Shown here: piece after piece, positions 52,757-64,000 of the stretch | Layout: each line of letters starts with the position of its first letter | Numbering within the stretch: position 1 is the stretch's first letter | Made by a program: the position numbers and the translations under genes | NCBI GenBank assembly: GCA_963789265.1 | Contig: CAWBKB010000005.1 | Location: forward strand, 256,001 to 320,000 | Length of the DNA stretch: 64,000 nt | Direction of reading: 5' to 3' | Source of the DNA: an uncultured delta proteobacterium | GTDB taxonomy: Bacteria > Desulfobacterota > Desulfomonilia > Desulfomonilales > Desulfomonilaceae | The notes under the pieces: model-generated | The model's database searches: none | What the model saw: the letters and a program-made list of their open reading frames with translations, nothing else | What the model was told of the DNA's origin: nothing

Positions 52757-53448
52757 GACCCAATCTCGCTCGGTCCTGGTGTCACTGAGTCTTGGTGTTC
52801 TTTTGCCTTTAGCTGTCGCGCTCACTCCTGACCCCGTTTCTGAAGGTTGCTTGATTATACAGTATGTCACTGTGCCTGTCATTCGTTGAAGATCAAATGG
52901 ACGCGTGCATCAGTCTCTAGAAACACAGGCTCTTTGTGCCGGAGTCCTCATGAAATTCGCGACGCCCTGTACTTACAGGCTAGGGGGCCGATTTGCAATT
53001 ACCAGAATCCCTGCGTACAATAACAAATGTACTTAGCAATGATACCGACTCGTTTGCACGAATGATAATTCATCACATCGGCTCGTTCATTACGGAAGGA
53101 TGTGTACGACGTGGTCAGGTTGAATGGTTTGCTACGGAGGAGATTCGTCCGAAGCGCCGGCCAGCCCCGCTCGTGGCAGGGTTACACATTTGACAGCGTA
53201 TTAATATGGGGATATTTCTTGTCACACGGAATTTAGAAGGCACGAGGAGATTTGCATGACCGGGTATACGGCCGTTTAGTTGCGTAGCCCTGCGCAACCC
53301 CGGTAAATCGATTGCAGCAAAGTCCGGGCACGGAATCGAGTATTTGCGAAGAATGCTTCATTTCAATTCATGAACAAAGGGAACTCCCCGGCCATCCCAA
53401 CTCATTCCGGATCCTTTTTGCGGTCCACGAACAAATAAGGAGGACGAC

Positions 53449-55622
<2,174 letters not shown>

Positions 55623-55647
55623 CTGAACGAAGAATCAACTTACCCCG

Positions 55648-55680
55648 AAAAAAAGAAAGCCCAACCGTAGGGGTCGAGCT
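55648..55680 (-). terminator. Probable rho-independent terminator
   Basis: AGCTCGACC-CCTAC-GGTTGGGCT followed by TTCTTTTTT on the minus strand. Confidence 0.55.
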
Positions 55681-55855
55681 GGGAGACGCCGTTAGACGGC
55701 CGGGCTCATGGAAACATAATGGCCGGTGAACTCGCGAGGGAACTTTGGCTTCGTCTCAAAAAGGCTCCGGAGATTCTAGGTTTGTCATTTGCGCGCAACT
55801 CCGGACTTGACGATGGTTGTTCTCTGCTAATTCACCGGCCGACAAGATACTGCAA

Positions 55856-56947
55856 TCAGAAGATGAAGCCGAATTCGAAGAATCCTCCATCTAGAGTGTT
55901 TTCGAAGACGAAGTTTGACTCCGACCTGTTCAGATTTACGTAGCGGTACCCGCCCTTCACGTAGCCCCAGCGACCCACGTTTAGGGGTATTGTGTACCGT
56001 CCGCCTAGCTCAACATCCCAACCCGCAGCGTCGTCGAGAAAAATGGCGGCCCCTTTGCAGTCGGAAGAGAAGGACCCGCAATTCCATGTACTCATGAGAC
56101 ATTTCTGGAACTCCAACCCAACCATGGCCGAATTGGTACCCTCGCTGAATGTACTCGCTCCGTAGCCGCAGGAGGCGCATAGTGCGTTGATTTTGTCGTC
56201 CACGTGCACCCAGCCCGCTGATATGCTTACCCTGGATACACAGGTTTGTATGGGAGTGTATACAAGTGCCAGCGTATTATAGTCGTGTATCCACTCTGTC
56301 TGAATCTGTTGCCCAAAGGTGAAGATCTGGTTGCCAAAGACGAAATATCCTAGGGAATTATTGGGCACCGTCACTTGTCCGCCTCCGTGCATGTCAAAAC
56401 CAAGCACGGTGTACTGAATTCCCCAGTTGGGCCGGAACTGGTACAGGGCGCTGAACTCGCCTATAGTCTGATTGGTCGGCAGTGCCAGTTGATCGGTCAG
56501 GGTGGGCCAGGTTGCGCTGTCATCAGTGGCAAAGTTAGCGTAGTACTGCGAGTATCGCGGCCACGCGATCCTACCCCGCACGTGTGCGAAAAGCGCACCT
56601 ACGCCTATTTCCCACTGCCCCGGTCTTGGGGTTGCGAGATGACAAGGAGGCCTGCCGCAGGCAAATGGGACACATGGAGGACAAGCAGGGGGTTTCACTT
56701 TGGTGATCATCCCCATAGGACGTCGCGGTAGGCGAGGGATAGCGGCAGGAGCGGCCATCGGCCTGGACATGTAAGCGGCGGATTTGGCTTTACGAGCGAC
56801 TACGGTCGGAGCGCTGCTAACCTGGTTGGGCTTGAGCAGCATATCCAGAGATTCATTAGGTCCCGCGGCCCATGAAGCGTTCAGGGAAATGATTGAAATG
56901 AGAACAACTAGACATACCAACGGCGTAGAAGGTATTCTTCTCAACAT
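55856..56947 (-). CDS. Secreted, probable outer-membrane beta-barrel protein
   Basis: Signal peptide, Pro/Cys-rich linker, alternating aromatic beta-strands, C-terminal DGGFFEFGFIF. Confidence 0.7.
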   Translation of the reverse strand: MLRRIPSTPLVCLVVLISIISLNASWAAGPNESLDMLLKPNQVSSAPTVVARKAKSAAYMSRPMAAPAAIPRLPRRPMGMITKVKPPACPPCVPFACGRPPCHLATPRPGQWEIGVGALFAHVRGRIAWPRYSQYYANFATDDSATWPTLTDQLALPTNQTIGEFSALYQFRPNWGIQYTVLGFDMHGGGQVTVPNNSLGYFVFGNQIFTFGQQIQTEWIHDYNTLALVYTPIQTCVSRVSISAGWVHVDDKINALCASCGYGASTFSEGTNSAMVGLEFQKCLMSTWNCGSFSSDCKGAAIFLDDAAGWDVELGGRYTIPLNVGRWGYVKGGYRYVNLNRSESNFVFENTLDGGFFEFGFIF

Positions 56948-57365
56948 ACCCTTCCTCCCAGCTCAAAATGTTGGATATTGCTTTAATATCAAACTAAAAT
57001 GCATGTCAAGAAAAAAGTGAACGATTTTTCAATAATTTGACTTGATTTGCGAGAAAGAGGTAGATGCGATGTCTTATGTTACTTTAATTACACGATATTT
57101 TCCAGACACGCTGTACTTCGCTCCTCTCAGGAAATCTGGGCCAATCTCCCATGAACTTGGGCCTTCCCTTGACAGGCTCCCGCGAATCATATATCGCTAT
57201 CCCGGCAATAAACCTGGGCAAAATGATGGTCCCCCTTTTCGGGAAGCCCGCTTCGACTTCCGGCCCAGTTCGGAGCTTTACAAAGAAAAATGTCTAAGGA
57301 TATTAGTGGAGAAATGCTATATGCTGAGGCTTAATCTCGAACTCTTCGGCTTTGCGCGCACCATT

Positions 57366-58854
57366 ATGAACTACTTACTTGGCCGGGATTCTTCTCTTCA
57401 GCGAGACCATTTTCACCACTGCAGGCTCTGGAGCCTGGTTTTCACGCTTGGCATTCTTTTCGCGGCGACGGCCTGGGCGGCACCGGAGGCTCCCCCTCTA
57501 AATGCGCAACTCGAACCGATAATCAAACGCGACCTTCCGCTCAACTGCGCGCTGACCTTACAGATGGTCGATCTTGAATCCGGTCGCGTACTTATGGAGA
57601 AGAACCCTGACCTCGCCCTTGTTCCAGCCTCCACTATGAAGGTGATTACAAGCGCGGCAGCTTTGAAAACACTCAAGCCCAATTTCACCTTCGTGACGGA
57701 GGTCCTGGCCGATGGTGTTCGCGGCGGGTCGGTAGGCAATCTCTTTGTCAAGGGTTCGGGAGACCCCTACCTAGTAAGTGAGCAACTTTTTGCACTGACT
57801 CGGGGGTTGAAGGATAAGGGGCTTCAGGAAATTCGAGGAAACATAGTTTTAGATGACTCGTATTTTCGGCCCGAGCCCCCCCTGGACGAAAATGAAAAAC
57901 TCGGAACTAGATCCTACCATGCGCCTTATGGCGCATTATCTTTGAATTTCAATTCAATTAAGTTGCTGGTCCAGCCTGGTGCCCACCCAGGGCAAGATGC
58001 GCAGATATCTCTGGATCCGGTATCGGAGTATTCGATCGTCAAGGCAAAGGTCAAAACGATCAAAGGGAGCAAATCGGCCCAGGTAGAGATAACCAGGCGA
58101 GCCACCCGAGACGGACATGAAATTATTCGGCTTGATGGAGTGATTGGCGTGCAGGCCCCAGTATGGAGACGTTATGTCAACGTTGCACAGCCCAGTTTGT
58201 ACTTCGGCGAGGTATTTAAAGAATTTTTGCTTCGAGAAGGAATCAGGGTAATCGGCAAGGTAGAGCGCGGTAGAGTTCCGCAGTCAGCCGGTTTGTACTA
58301 TGAATTCAATTCTCTCCCGCTGGGACAGATCGTATATTGGCTGGACAAGTTCAGCAATAATTTCATGGCCGAACAGATCGCCATGGCAATGGGCGCGAAA
58401 GAGCATAGCGCGCCTGGGACACGAGAAAAGGGCCTTGCGGTGATTCGAAAGTATCTCCTCTCATGTGCCGTGCCCGAAGCAAACTTCTCCCTGAGTGAGG
58501 CCAGCGGGCTTTCCCGAAGCAATCGCGTGAGTGCATCCACGCTCGTTCATGTACTGATCGCAGCTTCCCGAGATTTTTCTTACAACGCCGAGTACACGGC
58601 TTCGTTCGGGGTGGCGGGAGTTGACGGTACGCTCAAAACGAAATTTACCGATCCGGAAATGAAAAGACGAATTCGGGCAAAAACCGGGACTCTTAGAGGA
58701 GTCAATGCTCTCGCGGGGTACGGGCTTTCCGCTTCAGGCAGAAACCTTCGCCTTCGCCGTCATAGTGAACAGCCTTGAAAAAGGAACCGGTCTCATCGAT
58801 TACGGTGATAGAATAGTTGGTGCAATCATGAAGTTGCCCGCTTTCCGCAAATGA
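57366..58854 (+). CDS. dacB: D-Ala-D-Ala carboxypeptidase/endopeptidase PBP4 (frameshift near 58744)
   Basis: PASTMK (SxxK), GSGDP, SNN (SxN), SGLSR, AKTGTL; tail TFAFAVIVNS is in the shifted frame. Confidence 0.92.
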
Positions 58855-58931
58855 ACGAGCTTGAACGGCTTAATCTGGAGGAACTACAAAAGGGAAAGCT
58901 TTCATGACAAGGGGACGTGCCGAAACAGACT

Positions 58932-60269
58932 TCACTCGACCTTCTTTCCCACGAGCGAATGCTTCAAACCTCGACTTATCTTCACTTCCACGAGATCTCC
59001 TTCTCGGAGATCGTTCGTCGGCTCCAAATTCACTACCTTGTTCGTACGCGTGCGGCCAAAGGGTTGAGCTGTTTTAGGTTTGAACCCTTCGATGAGAACC
59101 TCTTCCATCGTGCCTTCCGCCACCAAGTGATAATCCTCGGTTATCCGGTCCTGAAGCGCGTGAACTCTTGACAAGCGCTCAGCCTTCACTTCTTCGGGAA
59201 CTTGGCCCGGCAGGTTACGGGCCGCTGTCTCTGGTCTGACGGAATACTTGAACGAAAAGATCTGATCGAACCGTATCTGCTCCAAGGCTGCGAGGGTCCC
59301 GGAAAAATCCTCTTCAGTCTCACCGGGGAAGCCGACGATCATGTCCGCAGTAACAGCAACCGATGGGATTGCTTCCCGCAACAGGCTAATCTTATTCAGG
59401 TAGTCGGCAAGGGTGTAACCCCTTTTCATTGCGCGCAGGATCCTGTCGGAACCGCTTTGTAGAGGAAGATGGATGTGTTCGCATACCGATTTCAGACGGG
59501 CCATGACGGATACCAAATCAGCATTGAAGTCACGAGGGTGGGATGTGGTGAACCGAATCCTCTGAAGGCCCTGGATGCCGTCCAACTCTGTCAGGAGACG
59601 AGCAAATGAGTTGCCTCCTCGTCGTAGATCATTGCCGTACACGTTCACGTTTTGTCCGAGCAGGGTGACCTCCCGGACGCCCTTTGCAACCAGAGCATTG
59701 ATTTCCTCTATGACCTCATCCGCCGGACGGCTCTGTTCGGGCCCGCGAGTGAAGGGCACGACGCAGTACGAACAGAAGTTCGAACAACCCTGCATTATCG
59801 TCACGTACGAACAAACATGGCTGGAGCCTTTGCAGGGCGCGGGAAAATGCAGAGAATCCATATTCGAGTGGAATTCGGTGAGCGCGAAGCGTTCGCGGGC
59901 GTTGTTCACGCGGTCTAACACTGAGGGCAAATCCGCAATGCAATGGGTTCCGAGAACTGCATCGAGGTGGCTTACCTTTTTGAGCAGCTTATCCTTTTCC
60001 TGTTGGGCCACACATCCGGTGACCACGGTCACCATTCCGGGATTCTTCAACTTCAGGGGCTTCAATTTTCCGAGAGCGCTATATAGCTTGTGTTCTGCTT
60101 TTTCCCTTATGGAACAGGTGTTGACGACTACCACTTCGGCGCCTTCCGGGGACGATGCCTCCGTCAGGCCGAGCTTTTCCAGCATCGCGGCCATCTTTTC
60201 AGAGTCGTGCTCGTTCATCTGACAACCATAGGTTTCGATGTAAAAAGTCCCTTTAGACACTCTATTCAC
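58932..60269 (-). CDS. miaB: tRNA i6A37 methylthiotransferase
   Basis: TYGCQMNEHDSE, NTCSIREKAE, MQGCSNFCSYCVVPFTRG, LLGQNVN, FTTSHP, TRAM domain. Confidence 0.96.
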   Translation of the reverse strand: MNRVSKGTFYIETYGCQMNEHDSEKMAAMLEKLGLTEASSPEGAEVVVVNTCSIREKAEHKLYSALGKLKPLKLKNPGMVTVVTGCVAQQEKDKLLKKVSHLDAVLGTHCIADLPSVLDRVNNARERFALTEFHSNMDSLHFPAPCKGSSHVCSYVTIMQGCSNFCSYCVVPFTRGPEQSRPADEVIEEINALVAKGVREVTLLGQNVNVYGNDLRRGGNSFARLLTELDGIQGLQRIRFTTSHPRDFNADLVSVMARLKSVCEHIHLPLQSGSDRILRAMKRGYTLADYLNKISLLREAIPSVAVTADMIVGFPGETEEDFSGTLAALEQIRFDQIFSFKYSVRPETAARNLPGQVPEEVKAERLSRVHALQDRITEDYHLVAEGTMEEVLIEGFKPKTAQPFGRTRTNKVVNLEPTNDLREGDLVEVKISRGLKHSLVGKKVE

Positions 60270-60520
60270 CGATGTCTACAGATTTCTCTCGGGCGTTTGC
60301 CCGTGCATATCAACAAACTTCAGACCTCAACCTTTAGCACAGGGTCCCCAATATGAATAGACTTGACTTAATTCTTGAGTACGAGGAAGAGCGGCTGAAT
60401 GCTCGTCAAACGCCGCGTGCGAAAATTTTGCACTCCAAGTGTGTCGACATGTGCCGTGATCGCGGTGCCGCTAGCGTCGGTCGCACTCGGCCGAATAATG
60501 CAAGCTGCCTGAAATCCAGG

Positions 60521-60552
60521 CAAAAAAATAGCCCTCCTTTTGCGGGAGAGCT
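60521..60552 (-). terminator. Probable rho-independent terminator downstream of mdh
   Basis: AGCTCTCC-CGCAAAA-GGAGGGCT followed by ATTTTTTT on the minus strand. Confidence 0.6.
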
Positions 60553-60670
60553 GAGGGTATGGTTAAAGGAGTCGTTATTCACTCTTATCTTAAGCAAGTC
60601 TTGTGCCAAAGTCAAGAGACCTGCGGCCGGCTTTATGACCGCTCACTTGCTCGGGACATCTTCGAGTTTA

Positions 60671-60812
60671 TGTCATTGCGAGGAGTCAATGGTGGGATAG
60701 GCTTCCAGCCTGTCCATTATGGATGACGGGCAGGATGCCCGTCCCACCGGCAATCTACGTCGTTGAAGGAAAAGATTGCTTCGTCCCGCGGGACGCAGGA
60801 CTCGCAATGACA
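60671..60812. repeat. Nested REP-like repeats
   Basis: TGTCATTGCGAG...CTCGCAATGACA inverted ends enclose a GGTGGGA(T)AGGC...GCCCGTCCCACC doublet; a half copy CTCCTCGCAATGACA occurs near 48674-48688. Confidence 0.65.
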
Positions 60813-60912
60813 ACTCTTGCCGCCAGTAACTAAAGGATTACCCGGCTTATGAATTTCTATTCGCAGCGGTCGTTCACAAGCGTGTCCTTTCCGATCCCGT
60901 AACTTCGAAAAG

Positions 60913-61848
60913 CTACAAAAGTTGGTCCACTTCTTTCACCAAGTTCTTGACTGCTTGGACGGATTGTTCGAAAGCTGACCGCTCCTGCGCGTTTAGTTCC
61001 AATTCCACGACTCTTTCCACGCCGGCCGATCCGAGGATGGCCGGCGCCCCGACAAATATCCCCTTTTCGCCGAACTCGCCGTCCAGATATGCTGCAACAG
61101 GTAAGAGTCTCTTCTTGTCCAGCAGAATCGACCGGGCCATCTCTACTGCCGATGCGCCGGGAGCATAGGACGCGCTTCCCGTTTTCAGTAGATTGACGAT
61201 TTCCGCGCCACCTTGCCGAGTTCTCTGAACGATCTCCTCGAGCCTCTCCGCGGTGACAAAGTTGGTTACCGGGATCCCGCCGACGAAGCAATAGCGCGTG
61301 AGAGGCACCATAGAGTCTCCGTGTCCCCCCAGGACCAGCGTGTGGACATCTTCAACCGACACCCCGATTTCCGCTGCCAGGAAGCTCCTAAATCGGGCCG
61401 TGTCCAAAACTCCCGCCATGCCGGCTATTCGTCTGGGATGGAAATGTGATTTTTTCCACGCGGTGTATACCATTGCATCCAGCGGGTTGGAGACTATGAT
61501 CAATATGGCGTTCGGGGAATACGTGGCAACCTTCTCTGCAACATCGCCCACTATCTTGACATTCGTTTTGAGAAGATCATCTCGGCTCATACCGGGCTTT
61601 CTGGCAATCCCTGCGGTAATTATTGCCAGATCGCTCCCTTGGGTCGCTTCGTAATCATTTGTGCCGGTTACAGTAGTATCGCGTCCCAGCACCGGCGTGG
61701 CCTCGAATATATCGAGCCCCTTGCCCTGCGGAATTCCTTCGAGGATATCCACCAGCACTACATCGCCCAACTCCTGGGCCGACACATAGGCGGCAACCGA
61801 TGCTCCGACGTTGCCGGCACCCACGACGGTAATCTTCTTTTTAGGCAT
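60913..61848 (-). CDS. mdh: Malate dehydrogenase (LDH-like)
   Basis: [41 protein letters not shown]. Confidence 0.96.
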   Translation of the reverse strand: MPKKKITVVGAGNVGASVAAYVSAQELGDVVLVDILEGIPQGKGLDIFEATPVLGRDTTVTGTNDYEATQGSDLAIITAGIARKPGMSRDDLLKTNVKIVGDVAEKVATYSPNAILIIVSNPLDAMVYTAWKKSHFHPRRIAGMAGVLDTARFRSFLAAEIGVSVEDVHTLVLGGHGDSMVPLTRYCFVGGIPVTNFVTAERLEEIVQRTRQGGAEIVNLLKTGSASYAPGASAVEMARSILLDKKRLLPVAAYLDGEFGEKGIFVGAPAILGSAGVERVVELELNAQERSAFEQSVQAVKNLVKEVDQLL

Positions 61849-61883
61849 CAACCTAACCTCCCATGAAAGTTTTGAATTCAGTT

Positions 61884-62429
61884 TTAGAACTTGTCATACA
61901 TAGACCTATGAATCCGAGGGACAAGATCCCTGATCATTCGAGAGATCGCCAGACGTCTGTTTGTCAGAGTGCCGCTGATGGAATCGGTGACGTTGTACGA
62001 ATAAGAAGCCGACAGATCCTTTTTCCAGAGAATTTTCTTGGGCTCGACTCTTTCCAGAACGCAATTCACCCTTAGAGTACCTATTCTGGTCAGTTCCTTT
62101 CCATCTGCCCTGTACATGGATGCCATGTCCTCATACGAGGCAATTACCGTCTTGAGAGTTACGTCGCCTCCACTTCTTACCGGCTTGAGCCGAGTACCCA
62201 ATGCGAATTCATCCCGAAGGTCATTGGTGAGCTCCGTTTCTATTCCCGTTATGGTTGTCTTATTCAGTGCGCTTTCCACCACAATGGTCTTCAAGTTTGG
62301 AGAGAAGGGAGTTTCTCCCTGTATCCCGCTGAAATGATACCCGCAGCCTGCTGCGAGCAAGAAGACCGACAACGACAACCCGAGCCGAATGGTGCGAAAT
62401 CTTTTCCTATTGCAGGCAGATCCCGTCAT
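61884..62429 (-). CDS. lptE: LptE-family lipoprotein
   Basis: Lipobox AAGC followed by GYHF; conserved position downstream of leuS. Confidence 0.8.
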   Translation of the reverse strand: MTGSACNRKRFRTIRLGLSLSVFLLAAGCGYHFSGIQGETPFSPNLKTIVVESALNKTTITGIETELTNDLRDEFALGTRLKPVRSGGDVTLKTVIASYEDMASMYRADGKELTRIGTLRVNCVLERVEPKKILWKKDLSASYSYNVTDSISGTLTNRRLAISRMIRDLVPRIHRSMYDKF

Positions 62430-62707
62430 AAGGTTAATTGCTTCAATGGATTTTGTTAGCTTGGTTATCCATCGCGGTTCTCCCTGAGGCGTAAAAGACG
62501 CCTTCCAATGAGAGACAGATCAGACTCATCCCGGATCAGCGGTTGACAATGCCGTTGACGGGTTCGGCGCTCTTATACCAAATCCCCGCAGTCACATTTT
62601 GAAGGATTGGCTACCGCCGAATTAGCTCACGATTCGTTTAAGTTAGGCTGCGTACGTTTAATCCGCAGCCACAGATCTCTTACCAGGGTCCGTTCGGGAA
62701 AGAACGG

Positions 62708-64000
62708 TTACACCACCAAGTTCAAGAGTTTTCCAGGAACTAGAACTGTCTTGCGGACCTGTTTTCCGGCAATAAACTTGCCGACGTTGCCTTCTGCCAT
62801 GGCCGCCTCATTGATTTCATCTTCGGAAGCGTCTGCGGAAACCGTGATCTCGCCGCGCTTCTTGCCGTTAACTTGCACGACGATAACCATCTGGTCCTGC
62901 TCGAGAAGCGTGGGATCGAACGATGGCCACGATACACGAACCAGCCCCGGTTCCTCCCCGAGGACTTCCCATAGTTCTTCTGCTATGTGGGGCACAAAAG
63001 GCGAAAGAAGCATCACTACCGCTCGAACAGCCTCATGCATAGCTGCGGCTACGTCCGGAAGCCTATCCACCTCTTCAGAGGTGACTCTACCTAGCTCGTT
63101 GGTCATTTCCATGACCGCCGCAACCGCAGTATTGAAATGGAAGCGGCTCTGTATGTCCTCGGTCACCTTTTTAATGGTTTTGTGCGTGAGTCTCCGAATA
63201 GATTTGGCCCGGTCGCCCTCTTTTAGAGGACTCTGAGTAAGTCTCAGATGCTTGTACTCGTGTACCAAGCTCCATACTCTTCCCAGAAAGCGATAAGCGC
63301 CTTCCACGCCTTCGGAAGTCCATTCCAGATCTCGTTCCGGTGGGGCGGCAAACAGGCAGAAAAGCCGTACGGTGTCTGCTCCGTAATGGTTTATCAGGTC
63401 CTCGGGATCAACCACGTTGCCTTTGGACTTCGACATCTTCGCGCCGTCTTTAATGACCATCCCCTGGGTGAGAAGATTCGTGAAGGGCTCGTCGCTCCTC
63501 TTGATCTTCATGTCTCTAAGGACTTTGGTAAAGAAGCGTGAATAGAGCAAATGGAGAATCGCGTGCTCTATCCCGCCTATGTATTGGTCCACTGGAAGCC
63601 AATATTGATCTGCTTTGGGATCGATTATTCCTTTGTCGTAACGAGGACACGCGTAGCGATCAAAGTACCACGAGGATTCCACAAAGGTGTCCATTGTGTC
63701 CGTATCCCGCCGCGCAGGTTTCCCGCATTTGGGACACTTGACTTCCACCCACCACTTGAGATCCGGCAACGGGGATCTCCCGCTCTCGGGAAAATCAATA
63801 TCAATTGGCAGCACAACCGGAAGGTCCTCGTCCGGTACCGGAACAACACCGCAGGCTGGGCAGTGAATGATCGGAATCGGCGCCCCCCAGTATCGCTGCC
63901 GGGAGATTCCCCAATCGCGAATACGATAATTAATCGTCAACCCGCCTTTGCCCATAGCGTGGAGCTTGTCAGCGATCGCCTTCTTGGCTTTCTCATTGTC
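62708..64000 (-). CDS. leuS: Leucine--tRNA ligase (3' part; truncated by window edge)
   Basis: RDWGISRQRYWGAPIP, DTMDTF.ESSWY, YIGGIEHA, KMSKS, VQVNGK.RG. Confidence 0.98.
   Translation of the reverse strand, partial: DNEKAKKAIADKLHAMGKGGLTINYRIRDWGISRQRYWGAPIPIIHCPACGVVPVPDEDLPVVLPIDIDFPESGRSPLPDLKWWVEVKCPKCGKPARRDTDTMDTFVESSWYFDRYACPRYDKGIIDPKADQYWLPVDQYIGGIEHAILHLLYSRFFTKVLRDMKIKRSDEPFTNLLTQGMVIKDGAKMSKSKGNVVDPEDLINHYGADTVRLFCLFAAPPERDLEWTSEGVEGAYRFLGRVWSLVHEYKHLRLTQSPLKEGDRAKSIRRLTHKTIKKVTEDIQSRFHFNTAVAAVMEMTNELGRVTSEEVDRLPDVAAAMHEAVRAVVMLLSPFVPHIAEELWEVLGEEPGLVRVSWPSFDPTLLEQDQMVIVVQVNGKKRGEITVSADASEDEINEAAMAEGNVGKFIAGKQVRKTVLVPGKLLNLVV

Noticed and set aside
53310..53340. AAAGTCCGGGC resembling the RNase P RNA 5' motif
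   Set aside because: Lacks the preceding GAGG and any recognisable 3' conserved motif.
57042..57365. Long N-terminal extension of the dacB ORF (similarly for the ankyrin, rluD, qmoB and CoA ligase ORFs)
   Set aside because: Not homologous-looking, and downstream starts fit the signal peptide or SD better.

Overview
Gene-dense, mostly housekeeping window from an anaerobic Desulfobacterota-type bacterium. A Desulfomonile-like origin is inferred from gene content and protein style. It carries selA (selenocysteine synthesis), two different Hdr/Qmo-type redox clusters, the methanogen-type homocysteine/sulfide assimilation trio, tRNA/RNA modification genes, gltX, leuS (partial), mdh, a cyclohexene-carboxyl-CoA-type dehydrogenase with a CoA ligase, and several small MITE/REP-like repeats. 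About a dozen genes, including essential gltX, are split by single-base frameshifts. These cluster at GTAC, CAGA(A)C and CCWGG motifs and are most likely methylation-linked sequencing errors. Two candidate selenoproteins are invisible in the ORF track. (1) A ~56-aa peptide with three in-frame UGA codons (UxCU and UxGC motifs, SECIS-like hairpins) lies inside a metV-hdrA-hdrA/mvhD-hdrC-hdrB-lipoyl-carrier (GcvH/LbpA-like) operon; it needs one frameshift correction. (2) A secreted 94-aa Gly/Tyr-rich peptide has a UxxC motif and an fdhF-like SECIS. No tRNA, rRNA, CRISPR array or transposase was recognised.
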